Assembly: GCA_029936215.1 (NCBI GenBank) | Contig: JAPYUD010000001.1 | Span: 1 to 27,796 of the forward strand | Reading direction: 5' to 3' | Length of the DNA stretch: 27,796 bases | From: Pirellulaceae bacterium | GTDB taxonomy: Bacteria > Planctomycetota > Planctomycetia > Pirellulales > Pirellulaceae | Shown here: positions 1 through 8,470 of the stretch, one piece after another | How the letters are laid out: each line of letters opens with the position of its first letter | Position numbering within the stretch: position 1 is the first letter of the stretch | Translations under genes and position numbers: made by a program | The notes under the pieces: generated by a model | What the model was told of the DNA's origin: nothing | Database searches by the model: none | The model's input: the letters and a program-made list of their open reading frames with translations, nothing else

Positions 1-1695
1 TTGCTGCTTCCACTGAGCACCGCAAAGTACACTTCCAAGCCGGTCGAGAAGCTGGTCATCCGGGTCTCCCTCAAGAGCGATGCGCCGCTGAAGAACATTT
101 ACAGCCCCAGCCATGCGATGGAGGTCAAGCGAACAAGCCCCAGGCAGGCCACGGTGCAGTCGATCCAGAACAATGTCATCCCGGGGAGTGACTTCCGACT
201 GATGTACGATGTCGGCGATGATGCTGTTGCCGCCAGCCTGGTCTCCTATCGGCCCGTGGAAACCGAGGACGGTTACTTCATGCTCCTGGTGAGCCCGGAA
301 ATCAAGTCGACGATGGACAAGGTGATCCGCAAGAACGTGGTTTTCGTGGTCGATCGCTCAGGCAGCATGAGCGGCAAGAAAATCGAGCAGGCCAAGGGGG
401 CTCTCCGCTTCGTGCTCAATAACCTGAACAAGGGCGACCTTTTCAACATTGTCGCCTATGACACGGAGATCGAGAGTTTCCAGCCCGAGATGCAGCGTTA
501 TGGCGATGGCACGCGCAAGGAGGCTCTCGGTTTCGTGGAGGGAATCCATGCCGGCGGCAGTACCAACATTGACGGGGCACTGACGGTCGCCCTGGACATG
601 CTCAAGGATGACCAGGATCCCAGTTACCTGATCTTCCTCACCGATGGACTCCCCACGGCAGGCCAGACGAATGCCAACGCGATCGTGACCAACGCCACGA
701 AACATAATGCTGTGCGAGCCCGGATTTTCAATTTCGGCGTTGGCTATGACGTCAACAGCCGGCTGCTGGACAAGCTGGCTCGCGAGTGTTTTGGCCAGAG
801 CCAGTACGTGCGTCCCGATGAGGATATCGAGGAACAGGTGAGTCGGCTTTACCAGCGTATCGGTGCCCCGGCAATGACCGACATTGCCATCCATTACGAC
901 ATCGACGGGCTGGCGGTGGAAAAAGGAGCTGTTACCAACCGCGTTTACCCAAAGGATGCCTATGACCTTTTTGCCGGCGATCAGCTCGTCCTGGTCGGTC
1001 GTTACAAGCACTCCGGAGCGGTCAAGCTGACCGTCAAGGGCAAGGTCGGGGGTAAAGAGGAAAAATTTGATTTCAAGGGAACACTTGTGAAGCACTCGAC
1101 AGAGAGTTCCCGTGGTTACGTGGAACGACTCTGGGCAATGAGGCGGATTGGCGAGATCATCGACAAGATCGACCTGGAAGGCCGCACCGAGGAGCTGGTG
1201 GACGAGTTGATTGCCCTTTCCAAGCGGCACGGCATCCTCACCCCCTACACCTCCTTCCTTGCCGACGATACGGGAGGTCCCGTCGAAGAAGCACGTGGGC
1301 GACGACTCACCAACGAAGCCCTCGACCAACTCTCCGCCGCCGATGCTGGCAAGTCCGGGGTTCAGCAGCGGTTTGCCAAGGCCGCCCTGCAACGTGGAAG
1401 CCCGGCCGGGTTCGGTGGTGGTGGATTCAGGGTACTGGACCTAAAAAGTGACCGTGAGGTAACTCTTCGGACGGTCCAGAACGTGGGCAACAAGACATTT
1501 TTCCGCCGCGACGGTGCCTGGGAGGACTCGACGATTACCGAAAAGCAGAAGAAGGAGCTGCAGGTGATCAAGCGTTACAGCGACGAGTACTTCCGCCTGG
1601 CACGGGACCTGGGCAAGGACGCTCCACGCTACCTGGCCCTGGAAGGCACGGTGATGGTGGTGATCAGGGGGCGAGCCTACCAGCTGGAAGACTAG
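1..1695 (+). CDS. von Willebrand factor A (MIDAS) domain protein of the inter-alpha-trypsin-inhibitor/VIT-vWA type; 5'-truncated by the window edge
   Basis: The ORF is open from base 1. MIDAS residues are present: VVDRSGSM (DxSxS), GSTN and FLTDG. FNFGVGYDVNSRLLDKLA and the C-terminal RLWA..RIGEIID / ILTPYTSFL segments resemble VIT-vWA proteins. A VIT domain, if present, lies upstream of the window. Confidence 0.85.
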   Translation: MLLPLSTAKYTSKPVEKLVIRVSLKSDAPLKNIYSPSHAMEVKRTSPRQATVQSIQNNVIPGSDFRLMYDVGDDAVAASLVSYRPVETEDGYFMLLVSPEIKSTMDKVIRKNVVFVVDRSGSMSGKKIEQAKGALRFVLNNLNKGDLFNIVAYDTEIESFQPEMQRYGDGTRKEALGFVEGIHAGGSTNIDGALTVALDMLKDDQDPSYLIFLTDGLPTAGQTNANAIVTNATKHNAVRARIFNFGVGYDVNSRLLDKLARECFGQSQYVRPDEDIEEQVSRLYQRIGAPAMTDIAIHYDIDGLAVEKGAVTNRVYPKDAYDLFAGDQLVLVGRYKHSGAVKLTVKGKVGGKEEKFDFKGTLVKHSTESSRGYVERLWAMRRIGEIIDKIDLEGRTEELVDELIALSKRHGILTPYTSFLADDTGGPVEEARGRRLTNEALDQLSAADAGKSGVQQRFAKAALQRGSPAGFGGGGFRVLDLKSDREVTLRTVQNVGNKTFFRRDGAWEDSTITEKQKKELQVIKRYSDEYFRLARDLGKDAPRYLALEGTVMVVIRGRAYQLED

Positions 1696-1719
1696 GTTCG
1701 GGAAAGAAGCAGGTCGCCT

Positions 1720-2415
1720 CTAGACCCGGTGTCCCTCGGCCCCGATACGGTTCTGGAACTGGCTGAAGCTGTCCTGGTATTCATCCTTTGTTGAATGGAC
1801 ATGCTCTGCCTCGGTGATGAAACGAATGTTGTCCTGCTGCTGAACTCCGTGGGACTCCAGGATCTGCTTGAAGTCATCGAGTGGATCTCCGTACACGAGC
1901 AGCATCTTGTGTTCATCAAACTGGACTTCCTGTTGCCGTGATGGATTGAGCACGGCAATCCCGCAGCAACCGTCGTTGGTCAGCAGGTCCTCGAAATCCC
2001 AGAGGAAACTCTTGAGCACTGGCAGATCGATGTGTTCACGGTAGAGGTCATCGTGCTGCCCGACTTTACAATGATGGCTGGTTTCCAGCACCATATCCAC
2101 CACGCTTCCAAGCGGATCCAGCAGGTCCATGAAAAGCTCAAAGAGAATCTCATGGGAGGCTGCTGCGGTCAGCATGGGAACCTCTCCACCGGACTCCTTG
2201 TCATGAAAACTCTCGCAGCGGAATCCCTGGCGGGGAACAACCTGCAGGTCATAGGAAGGCCGCACGGCCCCGGTAAGCTGAAAATCACCGTAACGGTCAT
2301 TTTCCAGGTGCGTCTCCATTTCGGTCGGAGACAGCGTATGAAAGGCCTCATCGTGCACGTTCGCCATGGATTGGTCGTCCGGCTCGCCGGTAAAAATTCG
2401 CTTCAGAAAACTCAT
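1720..2415 (-). CDS. Conserved hypothetical protein, 231 aa, acidic and His-rich
   Basis: ATG-started ORF filling the gap between two + strand genes, with globular, protein-like composition. No family recognised. Confidence 0.75.
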   Translation of the reverse strand: MSFLKRIFTGEPDDQSMANVHDEAFHTLSPTEMETHLENDRYGDFQLTGAVRPSYDLQVVPRQGFRCESFHDKESGGEVPMLTAAASHEILFELFMDLLDPLGSVVDMVLETSHHCKVGQHDDLYREHIDLPVLKSFLWDFEDLLTNDGCCGIAVLNPSRQQEVQFDEHKMLLVYGDPLDDFKQILESHGVQQQDNIRFITEAEHVHSTKDEYQDSFSQFQNRIGAEGHRV

Positions 2416-2650
2416 GGCAATTCACTGCCCACGATGGGCTCCATAAAACAAGAACAAGAATCTATCGACTTCCAGCCCCACGCTCTGGCCGGGAGTGATC
2501 TACAGAAAACCTAGGTCACGATCCTGACAAAGCACAAACCGCAGCACGAAAGTAACCTCCAGGAGAGAAAACCAGGCGTCACAAGCGTCATGGACGGACA
2601 AGTCGACACAGCCGGATCTTCGTTTTTGCGGCGGGTGGGAGACCGCTGTT

Positions 2651-2659
2651 TGCTATAAT
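2651..2659 (+). promoter_or_regulatory. Extended -10 sigma70-type element (TGCTATAAT)
   Basis: Perfect TGnTATAAT ending 30 nt upstream of the ATG at 2690. Confidence 0.6.
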
Positions 2660-2689
2660 CCCTGCCGTTTGGGATCTTCTCTCGTGAAA

Positions 2690-4186
2690 ATGGCTGCCGT
2701 GTACCGCTCTCGCAACACCCCGCCTGCACTCCTGGCCTGCTGCCTGCTACTGGCTGGCTGCTATGAGCCGGACCCACAATCCATCGCGGAATTGCTGGAT
2801 TCAGAAAACGAGCAGTGGTCGATCATCCTGCTCTCCGGAGAACGTATCGGCTGGGCGATGCAGAGCCAGCAGATCGTAGAGCAGGCAGGTGAAAAGCTAC
2901 GGGTGACTCGCCAGGAGATACACACCTCGATCGAGCGCGGGGGAGATATCACCGAGCAGCAACTGCTGCTGGAGTCCACGACGACCCTGGCAGGGGAATT
3001 GAGGGAATTTTCCCAGTCAGAGACAGGTGGTCCTTCGACCACCACGGTGACTGGTGAAATGGTGAAGGGGGCCCTCCATATTCGCCGCGGCGAGACGGTC
3101 ACGACGATCTCCTGGAACCCCGGGCACGGGGGTTTCTTTTCGGTAGCAAAAAGCCTGCAGCAGACCCCGCTGCAACCGGGAGAAACTCGTACCGTGACAG
3201 AATTAACACCTCAGCTGTTAAAGCCGGGCAACGTGAGCCTGGAGGCCTTCGAGCTCGAATCGATCGCCACGCCAGGCGGGCTCAAGCGACTCCTGAAGGT
3301 ACAGCGAAAGGACTCCCTGGCGACGGGCGAACTGATCAGCTGGATGTGGATCGATACCGAGGGGACGATCCATGCGGCCCGCACCGAGGGGATCGAACTG
3401 TGGCAGTTCCTGGCTAGCCGGGAGCAGGCAATGCAACCGCTGGTGCGGACTGGCAAGGACCTGCTGGAGAAAATGATGGTCCCGGTCGACCGTCCCCTGC
3501 TCAACGCCCCCGACACCCGGAGGGTCGTTTACCGACTGCACCTGGAGAGGCCCATCACCGATCCGGTCTGCATGGACAGTTCCCAGGAGGTCAGGCAGCT
3601 CGACCCACGTACCTATGAAATCGATGTTCATCCACCGGGCCTCACCTCGCAACTGGCCGGACAACCCCTGGAACCAACGGACGGCGATCTCGCCACGAGC
3701 CAGTGGATCCAAAGCTCTGACCTGGCCATCATCGAGCAGGCAGGGCAGGTTCTTGCTGGTTCCGGGGATCCCTGGAAGGTGGCGCTGGCGATGGAAACCC
3801 ACGTCCACAAGCTGATCGAGCACAAGGACTACTCCCAGGCCTTCGCCACTGCCCGGGACGTGCTCGAATCAAAGCAGGGTGACTGCACCGAGCATGCTGT
3901 TTTACTGGCCGCCCTTTGCCGTGCCCGCCAGATACCAACCCGCATTGCGGTTGGCATTATTTATGTCCCGGGAGAGACCCCCGGTTTCGGTTACCACATG
4001 TGGAACGAGGTCTGGATCGCTGATCGCTGGATCGGCCTGGATGCGATGGCCGGCCGCGGTGGTGTGGGTGCAGGGAGGATCAAGATTCTCGACACCGATC
4101 TTGGTAATGGAGAGGCCCAGGTGGCTCTTGTCTCGCTCCTTTCCTGGATCGGGCAGGGGCGTCTTGAGATCATCTCGACCCACTAG
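2690..4186 (+). CDS. Transglutaminase-like domain lipoprotein
   Basis: Hydrophobic signal with lipobox LLLAG-C (Cys24 from ATG 2690). Transglutaminase-like triad motifs GDCTEHAVL (Cys), GYHMWNEV (His) and WIGLDA (Asp). Alternative starts are GTG 2684 and TTG 2669. Confidence 0.85.
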   Translation: MAAVYRSRNTPPALLACCLLLAGCYEPDPQSIAELLDSENEQWSIILLSGERIGWAMQSQQIVEQAGEKLRVTRQEIHTSIERGGDITEQQLLLESTTTLAGELREFSQSETGGPSTTTVTGEMVKGALHIRRGETVTTISWNPGHGGFFSVAKSLQQTPLQPGETRTVTELTPQLLKPGNVSLEAFELESIATPGGLKRLLKVQRKDSLATGELISWMWIDTEGTIHAARTEGIELWQFLASREQAMQPLVRTGKDLLEKMMVPVDRPLLNAPDTRRVVYRLHLERPITDPVCMDSSQEVRQLDPRTYEIDVHPPGLTSQLAGQPLEPTDGDLATSQWIQSSDLAIIEQAGQVLAGSGDPWKVALAMETHVHKLIEHKDYSQAFATARDVLESKQGDCTEHAVLLAALCRARQIPTRIAVGIIYVPGETPGFGYHMWNEVWIADRWIGLDAMAGRGGVGAGRIKILDTDLGNGEAQVALVSLLSWIGQGRLEIISTH

Positions 4187-4608
4187 ATGGAACCCGCCAG
4201 GAAAGTCTCGGCATAGGCAAGCAGGGGATCGATCGTCTGCGGCTGGATCCGGTGCGGTGGGCTCCACGTGACCCAGCGGTAACTGCCGTGTTCGCTGACC
4301 TTCACATCGACCGGATGCTCCAGCCAGGCGAGAGAGACGAGCAGTGTTTTCTCGGCCATCTCCGAGGGCTGCTGCCGGTCTCGGACCGGGTAAACGAGGC
4401 GAAACTCAAAACCCTCCACGATCGAAATATCCTCCCTGGCAATCCCCGTCTCTTCTTCCAGCTCCCGCAGCGCGCATTCGGCCGGCGTCTCGCCAGGTTC
4501 CAGGTGTCCCTTGGGCAGGTCCCATCGATCCGGGTGCCGCAGCAGCAAGAAAGAGACTTCCGGCTGGCGGCGGAGAATCAAAAACCCGGTCGACATCACC
4601 TCGCGCAT
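4183..4608 (-). CDS. Nudix hydrolase, probably asymmetric Ap4A hydrolase (bis(5'-nucleosyl)-tetraphosphatase)-like
   Basis: Nudix box WDLPKGHLEPGETPAECALRELEEETGI. FLLL...W..PKGH and W-x-SxEH..Y.W segments resemble the Ap4A hydrolase subfamily. Start placed at ATG 4608 (or 4611) because the longer ORF overlaps the upstream gene. Confidence 0.85.
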   Translation of the reverse strand: MREVMSTGFLILRRQPEVSFLLLRHPDRWDLPKGHLEPGETPAECALRELEEETGIAREDISIVEGFEFRLVYPVRDRQQPSEMAEKTLLVSLAWLEHPVDVKVSEHGSYRWVTWSPPHRIQPQTIDPLLAYAETFLAGSI

Positions 4609-4642
4609 CATCCATCTCCGGCCAGCAGATCGACCCCGGGCA

Positions 4643-5698
4643 TTACTTGGGCAGGTGGAAGTTGGCAATAAACAGCTGGCTGGTATGCTCGGGGGTCCGC
4701 GTGCTGGTCCACATCAGCTTCTTTCCATCTGGTGAAAAGACGGGCAGAACATCACCGGCAGCATGATCGGTCACGCGGACGGGCGGGTGGCCATGAAAAC
4801 GACCATCCTGGATCTCGTACTTCATCAACCAGAGATCGTAATTGGGACGGGCAGTGGGATCGGAATGGTCCGCCCCGGTCCAGATGATGTACGGCTTGTG
4901 GGGATGCCAGTAGGGAGCCCAGTTGACACCGTTGGTATTGGTCAGGGCCACCCCGTTCTTTCCATCGATCCCGATCACGTGAATCTGCAGGTACTCTGAC
5001 TTCTTTCGATCACTTCGGAACACGACCCAGTTGCCATCGGGCGAGATAAAAGGTCCCCCGTCGTAGCCCTCGGCATTGGTAAGCTGTCGAACATTGCTGC
5101 CATCGGCATTCATGACGTAAAGATCCGGATCCCCGTCGCGCGTGCTACAGAAGGCAATCTGCTTGCCGTCACGAGAGTAGGCACCCTCGGCATCGTAGCC
5201 CAGCTCACTGGTAAGCCGGCGGAGCAGGTTGCCATCCAGGTCGGTCTCAAAAATATCCATGTGTGGATCAAATGGCCAGCTGTACCGCCTGCGGACACCC
5301 GCCTTGCGATCTTCTTCCTGCTGCTTCCGCACTTTCTCCTCGGTCGCCGCCAGTTCCGGGTCGAGATGGCTGGAGGCAAACAGGATTCGTGTGCCATCGG
5401 GAGAAAAGTAACTGCAGGTCGTCCGTCCCCGGCCCGTACTGAGCAGTCGTGGGGTGCCCCCTTTGAGCGGCTGAGTGAAGATCTGATAAAACGGGTAGCC
5501 CCCGCGGACCGCCTGGTAGATGATCTTTTTCCCATCCGGGGAGAAATACCCCTCCCCTGCCTTTTCAAAACCGGACGTCACCTGCCGCATATTCTTGAGG
5601 TACTTTGACTCGATGGATTTTTCTTCCTCCTGGGCACAGAGGCCAGCGGCCAGGAAAGAGAGAATGGCAAGCGAGATAATAGGGCCGGTCAATTTCAC
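4643..5698 (-). CDS. Secreted PD40/TolB-like beta-propeller protein
   Basis: Repeated PD40 motifs (YFSPDGKKIIY, YFSPDGTRILF, AYSRDGKQIAF, FISPDGNWVVF, VFSPDGKKLMW). N-terminal signal peptide from GTG 5698 (MKLTGPIISLAILSFLAAGLCA). Confidence 0.85.
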   Translation of the reverse strand: MKLTGPIISLAILSFLAAGLCAQEEEKSIESKYLKNMRQVTSGFEKAGEGYFSPDGKKIIYQAVRGGYPFYQIFTQPLKGGTPRLLSTGRGRTTCSYFSPDGTRILFASSHLDPELAATEEKVRKQQEEDRKAGVRRRYSWPFDPHMDIFETDLDGNLLRRLTSELGYDAEGAYSRDGKQIAFCSTRDGDPDLYVMNADGSNVRQLTNAEGYDGGPFISPDGNWVVFRSDRKKSEYLQIHVIGIDGKNGVALTNTNGVNWAPYWHPHKPYIIWTGADHSDPTARPNYDLWLMKYEIQDGRFHGHPPVRVTDHAAGDVLPVFSPDGKKLMWTSTRTPEHTSQLFIANFHLPK

Positions 5699-5853
5699 GG
5701 GAATCGTTCCTTTTCGCAGGATCGGATCGTTAACGCACAAGTTGCCAGCTTAGCAGCTTCTCTGTCTCTCTTTTGTACTTACAATGACCTGCGGTCGACA
5801 AGCCGACCGGAAAGAACAAGTCCCTCCAGGCAGAGAGTGGCAGGAAACCGAGC

Positions 5854-6417
5854 ATGAAGATCTACACCCGGACCGGGGACGAGGGAGAGACCGGCCTGTT
5901 CGCCGGGAGCCGCGTCACCAAGGACGATCCACGGATTGAAGCTTTCGGCACCGTGGACGAGTTAAACGCGCTTTTGGGAATGACCATTGCCGCCGGCCCG
6001 GGCGAGGATCTTGGCGTGTTGCTGGCCCGGCTGCAGAACGAGTTGTTCGCCGTGGGGGCACAGCTTGCCACACCCCAGCCAGAGCAACACGGTACCCGGA
6101 TGATTGAGGAATCGCACGTCGAGGCGCTGGAAAAAGAAATCGATCGTTACCAGGAGCAATTGCCGGAACTGAAACAGTTCATCCTGCCGGGAGGCAGCCC
6201 GGCTGCGGCCACGCTGCACCTGGCCCGCACGGTCTGTCGCCGCGCCGAGCGCCACGTGGTGACTCTCAATCGATCCGACAAGAACACCGCCTCTCCCTGC
6301 CTGCTTGTCTACCTCAACCGGCTGGGTGACCTGCTGTTTGTCCTGGGGCGAGCTGCCAACCAGCAGGCAGGCCATCCCGAGACACCCTGGCCGGGGCTGT
6401 CGGGCATACAGGAATAA
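5854..6417 (+). CDS. ATP:cob(I)alamin adenosyltransferase, PduO/YvqK type
   Basis: KIYTRTGDEGETGL, RIEAFGTVDELN, FILPGG, LHLARTVCRRAER and YLNRLGDLLF motifs. Confidence 0.93.
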   Translation: MKIYTRTGDEGETGLFAGSRVTKDDPRIEAFGTVDELNALLGMTIAAGPGEDLGVLLARLQNELFAVGAQLATPQPEQHGTRMIEESHVEALEKEIDRYQEQLPELKQFILPGGSPAAATLHLARTVCRRAERHVVTLNRSDKNTASPCLLVYLNRLGDLLFVLGRAANQQAGHPETPWPGLSGIQE

Positions 6418-6630
6418 AATCGGGTAGCTGCCAGGAGTTTACTTTCTGGATGAGACTCGATACTCTTTACGAGGTCACGTCGATTGGGCGTGATGAGGTA
6501 AATTGCGTAGCGGGAATCCTGGCATGTGATAACAGCCAGCCGGTTACTTCCCCTGGCGGTGCGTTGTTTCCCATTGTCCTGGTACCCGACAATTTCCTGG
6601 AAACACCCGTCCTTTGAGCTAGGCAAAACG

Positions 6631-8067
6631 ATGCGTCATTTTTCACTTGCTGCTTTCTGCCTGCTGTTGCTGGCTGCACCTTTTGTGAACGCCCAGGAGG
6701 CCAACGAGGATGCCAGGCCGGCCCAGATTTCCATTCCGGTCGTAACGGACGATGCCGGGCAGGACGAGAAGGTCATGACGGATGATGCCGGCACGATCGA
6801 TACCGGGGATAATGCCTGGATCCTGGTCGCCTCGGCCCTGGTGCTGTTCATGACCGCCCCGGGACTGGCGATGTTCTACGGTGGCCTGGTCCGGCGGAAG
6901 AATATTCTCGGTGTGCTGATGCAGTGCATCTTCCTGATGGGCCTGATGTCGATCGTCTGGTGTCTCTGGGGTTACAGCATCTGCTTTGGCGGAGGCGGTG
7001 ACGGATCCCTGGTAGGGAACTTCGATTTCCTCTTGCTGGAGAACGTACAACTGGGCTGGAACGACGGACCCAACTTCACCGGGGCGGTGGTTCCGATGGA
7101 GGGCAGCATCCCGCGGCTGACCCACATGCTCTTCCAGGGCATGTTCTTCATCATTACGCCGGCATTAATCTGTGGGGCCTTTGCCGAGCGAATGAAGTTC
7201 AGCACGATGGCTGTCTTCATGGTGCTCTGGGGAACACTCGTCTACTGCCCGCTCTGCCACATGTTCTGGGATGGCGGACTGCTGGCCAGCTGGGGAGCCC
7301 AGGATTTTGCCGGGGGTGCGGTGGTCCATATCAGTTCCGGTTGTGCAGCGCTGATCTGTGCACTCATGATCGGTAACCGGCTGGGGCATGGAAGTGACCC
7401 GATGCCTCCTCACAACTTGACTTACACCGCCATTGGCACCGCGATGCTCTGGTTCGGCTGGTTCGGTTTCAATGCCGGCAGCGCCCTGTCCGCAAACGGA
7501 CTGGCTGCGAGTGCTTTTGCCGCCACCCACTTGTCTGCCGCCGCCGGCACGCTCACCTGGCCATGTATCGAGTGGTACAAGGACGGCAAGCCGACGGTGC
7601 TAGGCGCCTGCTCCGGCGCGATCGCCGGGCTGGCCTGTATCACACCGGCAGCCGGGTTTATCAGCCCCATGTCTGGCGTGCTGGTCGGTATCCTGGCTGC
7701 CACCTGTTGTTATTTTGCCTGCACCTCGCTGAAATCCAGGTTGGGTTATGACGATTCACTCGACGTTTTCGGGATCCACGGGATTGGTGGCATCCTGGGC
7801 ATGTTGCTGACCGGGATTTTTGCCTCGCGGGCAGTCCAGGACCTGAACGACGGCAGTCCGGTGGGACTGGTCGAAGGAGGTGGCTACGACCTGCTGGGGA
7901 TCCAGTTGATGGCAGTCCTATTTACGATCTTGCTGACAGTTGCATTTACGTTTATTCTCCTCTGGATCCTGGAACGAACGATGGGACTCAGGGTCTCACA
8001 GGACGAGGAAATGGAAGGGCTCGACTTGAGCCTGCATGGTGAAGAGGGATATATCAATCTTCCCTGA
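6631..8067 (+). CDS. amtB: Ammonium transporter (Amt/AmtB family) with signal peptide and acidic N-terminal extension
   Basis: GLAMFYGG, FQGMF (Phe gate), AFAER, HMFW, DFAGGAVVH, WFGWFGFNAGS, DDSLDVFGIHG (twin His intact). Start placed at ATG 6631, which begins a signal peptide. Confidence 0.96.
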   Translation: MRHFSLAAFCLLLLAAPFVNAQEANEDARPAQISIPVVTDDAGQDEKVMTDDAGTIDTGDNAWILVASALVLFMTAPGLAMFYGGLVRRKNILGVLMQCIFLMGLMSIVWCLWGYSICFGGGGDGSLVGNFDFLLLENVQLGWNDGPNFTGAVVPMEGSIPRLTHMLFQGMFFIITPALICGAFAERMKFSTMAVFMVLWGTLVYCPLCHMFWDGGLLASWGAQDFAGGAVVHISSGCAALICALMIGNRLGHGSDPMPPHNLTYTAIGTAMLWFGWFGFNAGSALSANGLAASAFAATHLSAAAGTLTWPCIEWYKDGKPTVLGACSGAIAGLACITPAAGFISPMSGVLVGILAATCCYFACTSLKSRLGYDDSLDVFGIHGIGGILGMLLTGIFASRAVQDLNDGSPVGLVEGGGYDLLGIQLMAVLFTILLTVAFTFILLWILERTMGLRVSQDEEMEGLDLSLHGEEGYINLP

Positions 8068-8104
8068 CCAGCGACTCATTGTGGCTGGCAGGAGAATGTG
8101 CTGA

Positions 8105-8455
<351 letters not shown>

Positions 8456-8470
8456 TCCCTGGCAGGCCTG

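Noticed and set aside
2511-2591. 26-aa Cys-rich ORF (MTLVTPGFLSWRLLSCCGLCFVRIVT) in the divergent intergenic region
   Set aside because: It has no SD and no recognisable family, and it falls in the likely promoter region of the downstream hypothetical gene.
5699-5853. Possible cobalamin riboswitch upstream of the PduO-type gene
   Set aside because: The B12-box and other conserved elements are absent; only a 6-bp hairpin (CGGTCG/CGACCG) is present.
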